DNA of 64,000 nt, taken from a virus. Lineage: Duplodnaviria; Heunggongvirae; Uroviricota; Caudoviricetes. Each line of letters begins with the position of its first letter. Positions within the stretch are counted from its first letter, which is position 1. The stretch spans positions 49,463 through 113,462 of IMG/VR virus record IMGVR_UViG_3300010365_001407. One strand, 5' to 3'. A program made the translations under genes and the position numbers. A model generated the notes under the pieces. That model did not search any database, had not been told where the DNA came from, and saw nothing but the letters and a program-made list of their open reading frames with translations. Of this stretch, positions 25,828 through 36,488 are shown piece by piece.

Positions 25828-28800
25828 ATGGCAATTCAAAGTTCATTTCCAAAGGTAGCAGACCAAATAATATCTTATAATAAAAATATTGTTGAAATAC
25901 TATCTAAAATTAGTTCATTAACAACAACAACTGAATCATCAGTAAACCTTCAAATATATGATGCAAATGGAGTATTAAGAAACTTCACAATGCCATCCTT
26001 TACATCTTTAAAAGGTGAGATTGATAGACTAAATAATAATATAAATTCATTATATGGTATTGATGGTGCTGGTTCTTTAATACAAACAACTACACAAAAC
26101 AAATATAAAAAATTGGTTACTGTAGATTTGAATAGAGATCCTACTCCTATTAGTAGTGTTGGTTTTATATCTACTTTTAAATCAAGTCCTAACTGGTTCT
26201 TTGATTCATTAATGGATCCAATGATTTCTATTGAACTGGATTTATCTAATAAAATTGAAGATAATGTAAGAAAATGTTTAGTAAGAAGATATATGGTTGA
26301 TTTTGAAAAAAATGCAGATGGTTCATTAACTACTAATGGTCAATCAGCATTAAATTCTTATAACCAATTATTTAGAGGAAATGCAAATATTATTATTTCA
26401 GAATTTGAAAATTGGCACAAAACTACTACAGGTGTTTTAAATGCTATTAATCCTAAGTTTGATGAACAGATTTTTGATTTAGAACCAAATAACTTATTAT
26501 ATGATGGTCAATTTAGTGTATTAAGAATACAAGAAGATAGATTAAATAAAAAACTTTGGTATGTATTAGATACACTTGAGTATTTAGTAGTTGATGCAGG
26601 TCAAACTAAACAATTGGCAGTTGGTGATGAGTTAATTATTAATACTGCAAAATCATCTACTAAGTATAAAATTATAGAAGTTTCTACAGTTGAAAGTAAT
26701 CCAAGAGTTAGAGTTGAGAGATTAGAAGGTATTGAACCAATTCCAGTTGGTATTGGGACATTAAAAGTTTATTCTGATGTTATCTATACTAAAAAATGTA
26801 GAGTAAGTGTTGGTTACAATGAGAGAAATGTTCTTTTCATTAAACCAATTAATACTGATAATCACTTAGTTGCTAAGAAATGGAGTTTAGGTACAGGTTA
26901 CTATACTAATGATTTAAGATTGGATTCTTCATCTACTGCAAATGGTTTATCAATGGAACAATTCTATATTGATTATGTTTATGACTATGGTGTTGTTTTA
27001 CAAGATTTAGTTGCTAAGAAAACTCCTAATATATTAGGTGGTACTCCTGTTGCACCGGCTTTAAGTGTTGATAACTTTAAAGTTGTACAAATCAATAAAC
27101 ACCTTACAGACTCACCAGATTCTAATTTGGTTAAACAAAAACACAATTATCAATTATCTCTTAAATCTGAGATACAGCAAATACAAGAAGCAATTTCATC
27201 AAGAAATAAAACAGCTAAATTTACTAAATATAAATCTGACTCAGCAAAAAAACAAGCAGACTTAGAGATTGAAGGATTAGTATCTAAAAAAGATAGTAAG
27301 AGTAAATTACTTGCATCAGTAACTCAAGAGATTATTGATCTTTCTAAAGATCCTAAAACTAAAGTTGAACCTCAATTTAATGTAAGAGGTTTCTGGACTA
27401 TTCCTGCTGCAGTTATTACAACTGGAACTAGACCACAAGAAATTGTACAATTCAGAGTTCAATATAGAAAAGTAAGTAAAGATGGTAAAGAATCTCCTGT
27501 TGAAACTTATTCAATAACAGATTCTCAAAGTAAGGCAGCTTTCTCTAACTGGTCTGAATATAAAACAGATGCAAGAAAAAGAGTTTATAATAGTACAACT
27601 GGTGAATACACTTGGCAAATTGAAGATGTTACATCAGCAGATACACCAAATATAAATCAATTTGATTTACCTATTTTACCAAATGAAAGAATTGAATTTA
27701 GAATTAAATCAATTTCAGAGGTAGGTTGGCCAGAAGCAGCAGTTGAATCAGATTGGTCTGATATATTGACTGTGGACTTCCCAGATGACTTAAATACGGT
27801 TCTTAATGAAACTGACTTTATATTAAGAGAAGCTACTAAGGAAGACTTAAAAACAAGTATGAATGCTGAGCTATCTGCTAAAGGTTTAGATGAACACTTA
27901 TCAGATACAGTAACAGTTAATAATGTTACTTATCATCATGAAGCTAAGAAAGTTCTTTCAGGATTCCAAGATGAAAATGGAGTTTCATTAGATTTATATA
28001 CTTATATTAAAGCTTTAACTGATAGAATTACCTCATTAGAAGAAAAAATCAAAAGAGCTAAAGGTGAACTTGAAATCATTATTCTTAGAAATAATCAAGA
28101 GTTTATTATATCAAATGGTTCTGAAACAACATTTAATGTTGAGTGTGAAGATTACTTAGATTCTTATACTGCAACAGGTGCACCAACAGGTAGAGTTTAC
28201 CAAAACAATATCTATGTGATTAAAGACTTTGTTGTTAAGTTTAGAAATAAAGCTACAGAATCTGTACTTGGATTATTATCTAATAGAAATTATGTTGATG
28301 GTAGTGGAACTGTTTATAACTCAACTGCACCTCAAACCTTCTGGGTAAATAATCAAGATGAATTAAAAACAGTTGATGTTAGTGGTCAAACAAGAACACA
28401 ACTTGATAATCAATATATCTGGATGGTTAATTATGATTCAATTACTCAAACAACAGTTTCTAAATTATCAGAAAATGTTGGTAATGCATTTAATACAGAT
28501 AATTCAAACTCAGTAACAAGTGTACTTTCATCAACTGAATATAACCTTGGATATAATGAGTCATCAATATTAGCATTTATTGGTAATAATAAATCATTAC
28601 TAGATCCAACAAAATGGAATGATAGTACTATTTCAGTTGCATCAACTACTAAATTCTTGACTACAATTCATCCAGTTGTTAAAGACCTTGAAAGTATTCA
28701 AGAAGTAAATAGTGATAAGATTCATACAGTTGCTGCAGGAGATAAAAACTCTATAATAGTTCCATTGAATATTTATTTCAAAATGAACTCATTGGATAGT

Positions 28801-29028
28801 AGTCAAAATGGATTAAACTATCAATATATTGATTTGAATAATTCAACTCAAACAGTTAAACATGTTAAAAAGTTAAAATTCTTTGTAGAAAATGAATCTG
28901 AAAATAGACCATTTACATTCACTCTTAAATTTAACTTAAACAGAAATAAAGTTGCAGTTAGAAAATTCAATAATATAGGTGGTGGACCTGCATATATTGA
29001 TGATTATTCAACAACAAGTAAAAAATAA
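25828..29028 (+). CDS. large virion structural protein (putative)
   Basis: 1066 aa; heads the structural block, gene order and size only. Confidence 0.55.
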   Translation: MAIQSSFPKVADQIISYNKNIVEILSKISSLTTTTESSVNLQIYDANGVLRNFTMPSFTSLKGEIDRLNNNINSLYGIDGAGSLIQTTTQNKYKKLVTVDLNRDPTPISSVGFISTFKSSPNWFFDSLMDPMISIELDLSNKIEDNVRKCLVRRYMVDFEKNADGSLTTNGQSALNSYNQLFRGNANIIISEFENWHKTTTGVLNAINPKFDEQIFDLEPNNLLYDGQFSVLRIQEDRLNKKLWYVLDTLEYLVVDAGQTKQLAVGDELIINTAKSSTKYKIIEVSTVESNPRVRVERLEGIEPIPVGIGTLKVYSDVIYTKKCRVSVGYNERNVLFIKPINTDNHLVAKKWSLGTGYYTNDLRLDSSSTANGLSMEQFYIDYVYDYGVVLQDLVAKKTPNILGGTPVAPALSVDNFKVVQINKHLTDSPDSNLVKQKHNYQLSLKSEIQQIQEAISSRNKTAKFTKYKSDSAKKQADLEIEGLVSKKDSKSKLLASVTQEIIDLSKDPKTKVEPQFNVRGFWTIPAAVITTGTRPQEIVQFRVQYRKVSKDGKESPVETYSITDSQSKAAFSNWSEYKTDARKRVYNSTTGEYTWQIEDVTSADTPNINQFDLPILPNERIEFRIKSISEVGWPEAAVESDWSDILTVDFPDDLNTVLNETDFILREATKEDLKTSMNAELSAKGLDEHLSDTVTVNNVTYHHEAKKVLSGFQDENGVSLDLYTYIKALTDRITSLEEKIKRAKGELEIIILRNNQEFIISNGSETTFNVECEDYLDSYTATGAPTGRVYQNNIYVIKDFVVKFRNKATESVLGLLSNRNYVDGSGTVYNSTAPQTFWVNNQDELKTVDVSGQTRTQLDNQYIWMVNYDSITQTTVSKLSENVGNAFNTDNSNSVTSVLSSTEYNLGYNESSILAFIGNNKSLLDPTKWNDSTISVASTTKFLTTIHPVVKDLESIQEVNSDKIHTVAAGDKNSIIVPLNIYFKMNSLDSSQNGLNYQYIDLNNSTQTVKHVKKLKFFVENESENRPFTFTLKFNLNRNKVAVRKFNNIGGGPAYIDDYSTTSKK

Positions 29029-29037
29029 TAAGTCATA

Positions 29038-32000
29038 TTGAAATCATTTGCAATATTAAGAACCAATGTTGGTTTAACAACTAATATAAAAATAATGATT
29101 GATACTAACTATAAATTAAGTTTAGATAGTATTGAATCAAATATGAATTTGTCTTTTGATAAGTTCAAAAAGGTCTCATTTAATAAGAGTAATTATTATG
29201 ATGAACTAATTCCTTATTTTTATAAAGATTTACCTGCAGAAACAGCATATAGTATAAAATATGAGAGTGATGCAGAAACAATGTCAAATGATTTTGCTTA
29301 TCAGTATGATGAGTTATATAACTATGGTGCAAGAAATATTATAGATAATAAAAATTACTCAGAAGAGTATGAATACTTTGCACCTCTTTATATTACTAAA
29401 ACAGGACTTCCTAAAAAGTTTATTGTATTTAGAGTAGATGAACCAGGTATTGGAACATTAACAACTGCAAATTTTAAAACAGAAATAATTAATAAATTAA
29501 AAACTGTTAAGTTATTTGACTTGACAAAAGAAAGTATATTTGGAGAATGGTTACACACTAACTTTATTGATAATAAATATTTTCCAGATTCACCATTAGA
29601 AATAGACTTTAGAAGTCTTGAGTTTTGTAGATGGAATGGTATTGATTATCAAAATGGTGGTTATACATCTAAGTCATTATTTATTGATGATATTTTAGAT
29701 GAAGAAAAAGAGATATTTGAACTTGAAAAGTTTGTATTTGACTCTTATAAAAACAATAAAGTTGTTTTTCCTAACATATTAAACTTATCATTTTTATTTG
29801 ATGATACACCTTCTACGCCAGAACAAAAAAGAAGATGGTCTATAAATAGATATTATGGATTTTATTTAGATGATTTAAAGTTGGTAACAACAATGTCATC
29901 TTATATACCTGTACCTTTAAAAAATGATATTATTGTTTTATCAGGTACTGATAGAAATATATTATCGTCACCAAGTGGTTATCCATTTGAAGAAGTTTGG
30001 ACTGATAAAAAGCCTTTTTATGTAGAGTATAGTGGTAAATATTATAAAGTAGAACAATATACTGAAACTATAACAAATCAACTAATTAAGATTAAAAATA
30101 CTACAGGTAATACATCAGTTGATAGAATGGAAAGAGACTTAGGATTTAGTTCATCTAAAAAACAAGCATCTACTGTTAAAATGGTTAATACTAAAAACCT
30201 AACAACAAATACAAAATCTGCAGTTGAGAATTATGGTGAGGTAATTGTAACTAAATATAGAATAATATCTGATTTAGATTTTGGTGGAATGACTTATTCA
30301 AGTTTCAATCAAAACTTTGGTGAAATTAAAAACAATCAATTGATTGATATGAGTAAAAATCCAATTTTAATAGATGGATTTGATAGTGCTGATATTTGGT
30401 TAATTAATATAGATGGTGTTTACCATAATTTAATTAATAGTGGTACTAATTCAATTAGTGTTAATAGTGATTACTCATTCCAATTTAATGAGAATAGTTA
30501 TACTTATAAAGTAAATGGTGTTGAAAAAACAATCAATACAATAGTTGACTTTAATAATCCACCTACAATATTTGATATTTACAAATTAAAACTTACAGAT
30601 ATTAAAGACTTTGATGATAGATTAGTTGATACTGAGTATTCTAAATATGAATATGAGAAGTCAACTGAATTAACAAATACTGATGAGACTAAGATGTATT
30701 TTGAAGATTTGACAAGTAAAACTGATCCAAGAGATTTAGATGACTTTGTTTATAAGAATGAAGTGGTTAAAATTCCTGTATCATCTGAGTACACTGCAAA
30801 TTATGAAACTTTTAAAGTTGATGATACAACTGGTAATTTATCAGAGTTATGGAGAAAGAACTCAGTTTATTGTAGATTTGGATTTCAAAACTCAATATCA
30901 GGAAATGACGTACCTTACTTATTAAATAATTCATTAATATTTGAAGATTATAATAGGACTGTAAATGTTTCTGATATTCATCCTAAAAGAATTGAAAGAA
31001 ATTTAGATTACTTTTATACAATAAACTCAGCAACATCATCATATTTACATCATACATTACATGTTGAGGGATTTACCTATAGTAGTATTGATAACACATT
31101 TAAGTTTGAGTTAGATAAATATTTGAACTTACAATATGATATGGTTTTAGGTACTTATTCTTATGATTACTTTAGTTATTTCTTTAGCAAACAAACACAA
31201 TTTTTAAATGGTGATATTAAGAAGAATACTAGAAAATACTCTTATTTTAATGTAGGTGATGACTCTGTACCTAATCATAGTTTATTTAGAGGTATTAGAT
31301 TTGATGTTTATAAAGTAGAAGGTGTTAACTTAAACTCTAATAATCAGATTGATAAAATTAACATATCAACAAATAATGATTTTGTAGATTATAAAATGTC
31401 TGTTTTATTATCTGATAATGATTATCAACCAATATTTTTAGATAATAATTCAAATCAAATTATTGGGTTGACATATTCTCCTAATCAATTAGAATGGAGT
31501 ATAATTGATGAGTGGAAAATGGATAAAGTTTATGCAACTGGTTCAGTTGTTATATTTGATGATATTTTATTTACTAATCCTAATGGTACTTTAGGACCTT
31601 GTGGACCTACAATTAACTTAAATGGTAATAATGTTATATCAAATCCAAGTAATCAAGGTTGGAATATTTATAGTGATGGAGTAAATAATGATAATAGAAT
31701 ATTTTGGTCACCAAGACAAAATGATACATTTATTTATAATTCTGGTGAGTATTGGCAAAAAAACTTTACAACAGAAACAGGAAGTGATTATATAAATTTT
31801 TGGATTCCACCAGATACACAATCTAGTTCTAATTATGGAACAGGAAGTATTGTAATGTATAACAATAAGGTTTATATATCTAATACATATAATAATAACT
31901 TTCATCCAAATCAAAAACAATGGATAGATATATCAACTATTAGTAAGTTTGATTCTAGTATAACATATTCTAAGTCAGATATAGTAATAAGTACTGATTC

Positions 32001-33339
32001 ATATTATATTTCATTAGTTGATAAAAACAAAGGAAATAATATTGAAAATAGCCTTGTATGGGAAAGAACTGTAAATAAACCAACTGCTGATTTATTTTAT
32101 TGGAAATTAATAGAGATTTGGAATCCAACTAAGAGATATGAACAACAAGCTTATGTTGTTCATAATAATGTATTATATAGAAATTTTAGACGTCAAGTAA
32201 CTCAAATGCAAGTACAGCAACTTTTTAGACCTCAAAATCCTTATTTAGAGATGTTACCTGGTTTTGAACCAGGAGTTGATGTTGATTGGGCTAGACAATA
32301 TAGTTTAGTTCCAGATACAGATTATACTTATAGCATATATAGTAATCCAATTATTTTATTAAATGATAGATATTATATGGCAACTAATAAAACAGAAGAT
32401 TCAACTCTGGATAATGGTATTGTAATCTATATCAATAAAAAGTGGGAAAATATATTGGTTAATATAAATATATCAGATAATACATATACTAATGTTTCAT
32501 CAACTAATAGAGATGATCTTTATAATGAGTTATATAAGAAATTAACTGCTACTAATTTTATGACTGCTATAAATGATATAACTAATAAATATGGATTTAC
32601 AGATTATGTATCTTATATAGTTATTGATAATGATAATACAATTAGTAAGTATAGTTATACTAATAATATTACTAGTCTACCTTATATAATTAAATGTGAA
32701 GGACCTGATAGTTTAGATGTTAAAATACAATCTTTGTTAAAAAGACCTATTTACTTACCTAATCCATTAAATCCAATTAAAAAGTTAGAAAAGGGTAAGA
32801 TATTAAATATTAATCAATTAAACTACTATAATGGTAATCCAGTTGGTGTAAATATAATTGAAAATAGATTTGCTCCTAAAGTAACTGAGAATTATCATGG
32901 TGCTACAAATTATATAAAAGATACTATTTATAGATTCAGTGGTTATTATATGCCATTATTTTATGATATAGAATTATTTAAAAGAGATTATGAGTACAAA
33001 GAAGTAGGTAATTATTTATTTGATACTTCATTAACAAATTTTGGTATTATTAAAGAAAGAAAAGTTAGAAAGATAAATAGAAAAGGAAGTATTCTAAAAT
33101 TAAAAGATAGTCCAGATGAGAAATCTATCTATCCAATGTTAGATGAATTTGGTTACTCTATCTATGACTTTTTCATATTCTCATCAACTTGGGATTTAAA
33201 GTATTACTTAGAAACATCTACATTAACTAAGGCAAATAAAGATTATTTAGAGAAATATACAATAGATGAAAATATTGTAAATAACAATAATATAGTAATA
33301 CCTATTACAATACCAACAAATATTGGACCATCAAATTAA
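29038..33339 (+). CDS. very large virion structural protein (putative)
   Basis: 1433 aa, N/Y/T-rich; follows the previous gene after a 9-nt gap. Confidence 0.55.
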   Translation: MKSFAILRTNVGLTTNIKIMIDTNYKLSLDSIESNMNLSFDKFKKVSFNKSNYYDELIPYFYKDLPAETAYSIKYESDAETMSNDFAYQYDELYNYGARNIIDNKNYSEEYEYFAPLYITKTGLPKKFIVFRVDEPGIGTLTTANFKTEIINKLKTVKLFDLTKESIFGEWLHTNFIDNKYFPDSPLEIDFRSLEFCRWNGIDYQNGGYTSKSLFIDDILDEEKEIFELEKFVFDSYKNNKVVFPNILNLSFLFDDTPSTPEQKRRWSINRYYGFYLDDLKLVTTMSSYIPVPLKNDIIVLSGTDRNILSSPSGYPFEEVWTDKKPFYVEYSGKYYKVEQYTETITNQLIKIKNTTGNTSVDRMERDLGFSSSKKQASTVKMVNTKNLTTNTKSAVENYGEVIVTKYRIISDLDFGGMTYSSFNQNFGEIKNNQLIDMSKNPILIDGFDSADIWLINIDGVYHNLINSGTNSISVNSDYSFQFNENSYTYKVNGVEKTINTIVDFNNPPTIFDIYKLKLTDIKDFDDRLVDTEYSKYEYEKSTELTNTDETKMYFEDLTSKTDPRDLDDFVYKNEVVKIPVSSEYTANYETFKVDDTTGNLSELWRKNSVYCRFGFQNSISGNDVPYLLNNSLIFEDYNRTVNVSDIHPKRIERNLDYFYTINSATSSYLHHTLHVEGFTYSSIDNTFKFELDKYLNLQYDMVLGTYSYDYFSYFFSKQTQFLNGDIKKNTRKYSYFNVGDDSVPNHSLFRGIRFDVYKVEGVNLNSNNQIDKINISTNNDFVDYKMSVLLSDNDYQPIFLDNNSNQIIGLTYSPNQLEWSIIDEWKMDKVYATGSVVIFDDILFTNPNGTLGPCGPTINLNGNNVISNPSNQGWNIYSDGVNNDNRIFWSPRQNDTFIYNSGEYWQKNFTTETGSDYINFWIPPDTQSSSNYGTGSIVMYNNKVYISNTYNNNFHPNQKQWIDISTISKFDSSITYSKSDIVISTDSYYISLVDKNKGNNIENSLVWERTVNKPTADLFYWKLIEIWNPTKRYEQQAYVVHNNVLYRNFRRQVTQMQVQQLFRPQNPYLEMLPGFEPGVDVDWARQYSLVPDTDYTYSIYSNPIILLNDRYYMATNKTEDSTLDNGIVIYINKKWENILVNINISDNTYTNVSSTNRDDLYNELYKKLTATNFMTAINDITNKYGFTDYVSYIVIDNDNTISKYSYTNNITSLPYIIKCEGPDSLDVKIQSLLKRPIYLPNPLNPIKKLEKGKILNINQLNYYNGNPVGVNIIENRFAPKVTENYHGATNYIKDTIYRFSGYYMPLFYDIELFKRDYEYKEVGNYLFDTSLTNFGIIKERKVRKINRKGSILKLKDSPDEKSIYPMLDEFGYSIYDFFIFSSTWDLKYYLETSTLTKANKDYLEKYTIDENIVNNNNIVIPITIPTNIGPSN

Positions 33340-33347
33340 TAATAAAA

Positions 33348-34037
33348 ATGAGAAGAAGTTATATATCACCAGAGTATCAAACTAAAGCAGTATATGGAAC
33401 ATTAAACATGCTTGAAGAAAGTACATTTTTTGGTGCAAAAATGTTAGAAATAGAAGATAGTATAAGTATAGATACTTTAGATATAATCTACTATCAAAAT
33501 CAAAATGGTGAACAATTAGACCTTTCAATTGAATCATCATTGGCTTCTATTGTTTACTCTTCATCTTTAGATAAAAAAGGTAATCATACTTTAATTTTGG
33601 ATCCTTCTCAACCAAAATATCAGTTAGATAATAATACAAGATGGATATTAACAATAGATTTAAAAACTATAATAACTGACTATTTATTTGCTACACTTAA
33701 AAAGTATAGAACCTTTGAAGGTATCAAAAATGATATGAATATTTATGCAAATACAGATACTGCAATTAAGAGTTATATAAACTATAATATTCTTAATAGA
33801 TATAAATACAAAGGTATTCAATTATATGTAAACTATATAGATTTAAGAAACCAAACAGCATTAAGATATAGTAATGAATGGAATAAAAATGTTATTACCA
33901 ATTCTAACATTTTAACTAAGTTACAAACTGAAACTGAGTTTGATGAGTCTTCAATTAAGGTTACTTTTAATCAGGAGAAACCAAGTTCAACTTATAGATT
34001 TGATTATTATTTCAATATTTTATTTGAAAAAATATAA
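33348..34037 (+). CDS. hypothetical protein
   Basis: 229-aa ORF. Confidence 0.5.
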   Translation: MRRSYISPEYQTKAVYGTLNMLEESTFFGAKMLEIEDSISIDTLDIIYYQNQNGEQLDLSIESSLASIVYSSSLDKKGNHTLILDPSQPKYQLDNNTRWILTIDLKTIITDYLFATLKKYRTFEGIKNDMNIYANTDTAIKSYINYNILNRYKYKGIQLYVNYIDLRNQTALRYSNEWNKNVITNSNILTKLQTETEFDESSIKVTFNQEKPSSTYRFDYYFNILFEKI

Positions 34038-34067
34038 ACTTACTTAATGTAAACTCATAAAAAACTT

Positions 34068-34415
34068 ATGAATGAAGAGTTTCAAAACAATCTTGTAAAT
34101 TTTCTAAAACTATTTAAAAATAGACCTTATCATCTAGCTAAGTATCTAATGGATAACTCTGCTCTAACAAAAGACTTTTATAATAAAATATCAAAATCTG
34201 ATAAATTGGAAAACAATAAATACTTTACTGATATAACAGAAATGAATGAGTTCTATAATTCAATATTAGATATTAAGAAATCTAAAAAGTCTATAGAAGA
34301 GATTACTAAGACTGCAAATGAAAAAATGGATGAACTTATTAAAAGTGAAAATTTTGAACAAGCAGCAAGGCTTAGAGATTATATGACAAAGAATAAAATA
34401 AAAAGATTGAAGTAA
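34068..34415 (+). CDS. UVR-motif-containing small protein
   Basis: 115 aa; C-terminal ENFEQAARLRDYM resembles the UvrB/UvrC (UVR) interaction motif. Confidence 0.4.
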   Translation: MNEEFQNNLVNFLKLFKNRPYHLAKYLMDNSALTKDFYNKISKSDKLENNKYFTDITEMNEFYNSILDIKKSKKSIEEITKTANEKMDELIKSENFEQAARLRDYMTKNKIKRLK

Positions 34416-34467
34416 CTAAACTTTTTCAATTTTACTAATAAAACTAAAACACTTAAATTAAATAAAT

Positions 34468-35556
34468 ATGACACAAGAAATTTTAAACCCAGAATTAGGT
34501 AATCCAGACTTTGATCTTTTATATGCAGATGATATATATAAAAGAGGACAAAAGTTACAAGATAAATACCTTGATTCACTTTATGACTCTATTCAAATAG
34601 AGACCCCATCTGCTGGTTCAGTAGTAAGATCTACTTATTTGGGTATGATGTCCAATCAATATGTGTTCAGTGTTGTTGGTTACAAAGATGATGTTCGTAT
34701 TGAGAACAAACCAGGTGAGGCAAAATACCTTAACTCCATTGAAGTTGGAGAACAAGTTGATTTGTTAATCACTGAGGTAGTACAAAGTACTTACTTCATC
34801 AAAGGAAGTATTGCTTCTTTATATGAATCTAGAGCTCATGAAAATATGAAGTCTTTAGAGGAAGGAGAATCAGTAACTGCTTATATTAGAGCTTTAAACC
34901 CTGCAGGTTACGATGTAGAGTTGACAAATGGAGGAGTTACTCTTCCTGCGTTTATGCCTAATACCTTGGCAGGTATCAACAAGCTTTATGACCCAAGTTC
35001 TATTATTGGAGACACTTTCCAAGTAATGGTTGAGTCATTCTCTGAACATGAAGGAACTTACATAGTAAGTCGTAGAAAGTATCTACAAAGCTTGATTCCT
35101 GATGAAATCAGTAATCTTGAGTTCAATACTCTATATTCAGGTAGAGTTACTGGTACTACACCATTTGGTATCTTTGTTGAGTTTAATGAATGTCTAACAG
35201 GTATGATCCACAAAGCTAATGTAATAGAAGAGTGGCAAAACAGAATCTCTGAAATCAAACCAGGACAAGAAATTGAATTCTATATCAAGGAGATTATCAA
35301 AGATAAGATTATCCTTACACAAGTTTTGAGAGAAACTTTATGGGACACTATCAAAAATGGTCAATTGATTGAAGGTAGAGTAAAAGATGTTAAACAATTT
35401 GGTACTTTGGTTATCTTAGATGATGAAACAGTTGGATTAATCCACACATCAGAAATGGAGAAACTTGGTAAGAAGTTCACATCTGGACAAGATATTAGAG
35501 TGAAAGTTCTATCAGTAGATAGAAGTTCACGTAAAATCTTCTTAACTTTAGGATAA
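34468..35556 (+). CDS. ribosomal protein S1-like protein (four S1 RNA-binding repeats)
   Basis: 362 aa; four S1 repeats of about 70 aa, e.g. GRVTGTTPFGIFVEFNECLTGMIHKANV and GRVKDVKQFGTLVILDDETVGLIHTSEM; ends VDRSSRKIFLTL. Confidence 0.7.
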   Translation: MTQEILNPELGNPDFDLLYADDIYKRGQKLQDKYLDSLYDSIQIETPSAGSVVRSTYLGMMSNQYVFSVVGYKDDVRIENKPGEAKYLNSIEVGEQVDLLITEVVQSTYFIKGSIASLYESRAHENMKSLEEGESVTAYIRALNPAGYDVELTNGGVTLPAFMPNTLAGINKLYDPSSIIGDTFQVMVESFSEHEGTYIVSRRKYLQSLIPDEISNLEFNTLYSGRVTGTTPFGIFVEFNECLTGMIHKANVIEEWQNRISEIKPGQEIEFYIKEIIKDKIILTQVLRETLWDTIKNGQLIEGRVKDVKQFGTLVILDDETVGLIHTSEMEKLGKKFTSGQDIRVKVLSVDRSSRKIFLTLG

Positions 35557-35571
35557 TACCTAATTCAAATA

Positions 35572-35604
35572 AAAAACCTCATATTTTCATATGAGGTTTT
35601 TTTT
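35572..35604. terminator. bidirectional terminator hairpin
   Basis: AAAAACCTCATAT-TTTC-ATATGAGGTTTTTTTT. Confidence 0.6.
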
Positions 35605-36022
35605 ATACTTCTACTACCCATTGTCCTATTGCAGTTCTAAAATGTTCTACTCTCATTACAGTTATCACAGTTAATGTAAACTGATTTTCACCAGGTCTTA
35701 GTTCACAAACTACATTTAATTTTGTTTCTTTATCTCTGATGATGAATCTATTTGGTTTACCATTTTCATCTTTAATATCATATCTATCTTGCATTAATGC
35801 AATTGTTATTTCCTCAATTGCTCTTTCAACTAAATCTTTAATTTCACTATCTTCAATTTTCCCACTTAATTTATTGAAACCATGTCTATATTGTTGAATT
35901 GATGCATGTTGTATTTTTTCAAGGTCTATTCTAATTTCAACCTCTTTTTGTAAATTACCTAATTCAGTCTTACCACTTCTAAAACCAATAGGTCTAAAGT
36001 TTTCAAATTTTTTAATTATCAT
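35603..36022 (-). CDS. hypothetical protein
   Basis: 139-aa ORF. Confidence 0.45.
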   Translation of the reverse strand: MIIKKFENFRPIGFRSGKTELGNLQKEVEIRIDLEKIQHASIQQYRHGFNKLSGKIEDSEIKDLVERAIEEITIALMQDRYDIKDENGKPNRFIIRDKETKLNVVCELRPGENQFTLTVITVMRVEHFRTAIGQWVVEV

Positions 36023-36411
36023 ATTATATGAATTCCTTTTTCATTATTTGAAACCATATTATCAAATGCTCTTCCTATTTTCCACCAACCTTTATCATTA
36101 CTTTCACCTACAGGTTCATGTCTTGATATATTCTCTCTGGATAAACAAATTAATATGGGAAAGTCAAAATGACTTTCAATATATTCAGCAGTTCTTCTTG
36201 CCATATCTAAATCATCTGTATTCAAAATAGATTGATATGCCAAACCTAAATGTGATGCGCCTTGTGGTTTAACCCACCAATCAACATCTAAATTATCAAA
36301 AACTTTTATAGATTCTAACCATTTAGGATCACCATGTTCTACTAAAAAAATTAATATAAGAACTTTATTTTCTTTTTCTTCTATTGACTCAAAGTATTTA
36401 AGATATTTCAT
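36019..36411 (-). CDS. hypothetical protein
   Basis: 130-aa ORF; promoter-like ATAATTTTATATATAGTTA directly upstream on the minus strand. Confidence 0.45.
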   Translation of the reverse strand: MKYLKYFESIEEKENKVLILIFLVEHGDPKWLESIKVFDNLDVDWWVKPQGASHLGLAYQSILNTDDLDMARRTAEYIESHFDFPILICLSRENISRHEPVGESNDKGWWKIGRAFDNMVSNNEKGIHII

Positions 36412-36441
36412 TAACTATATATAAAATTATCAGACATAAAA

Positions 36442-36469
36442 AAACCTCTATTAATTAAAATAGAGGTTT
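36442..36469. terminator. terminator hairpin
   Basis: AAACCTCTATT-AATTAA-AATAGAGGTTT. Confidence 0.55.
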
Positions 36470-36488
36470 AGTTTAATAAAAGGTTTTA

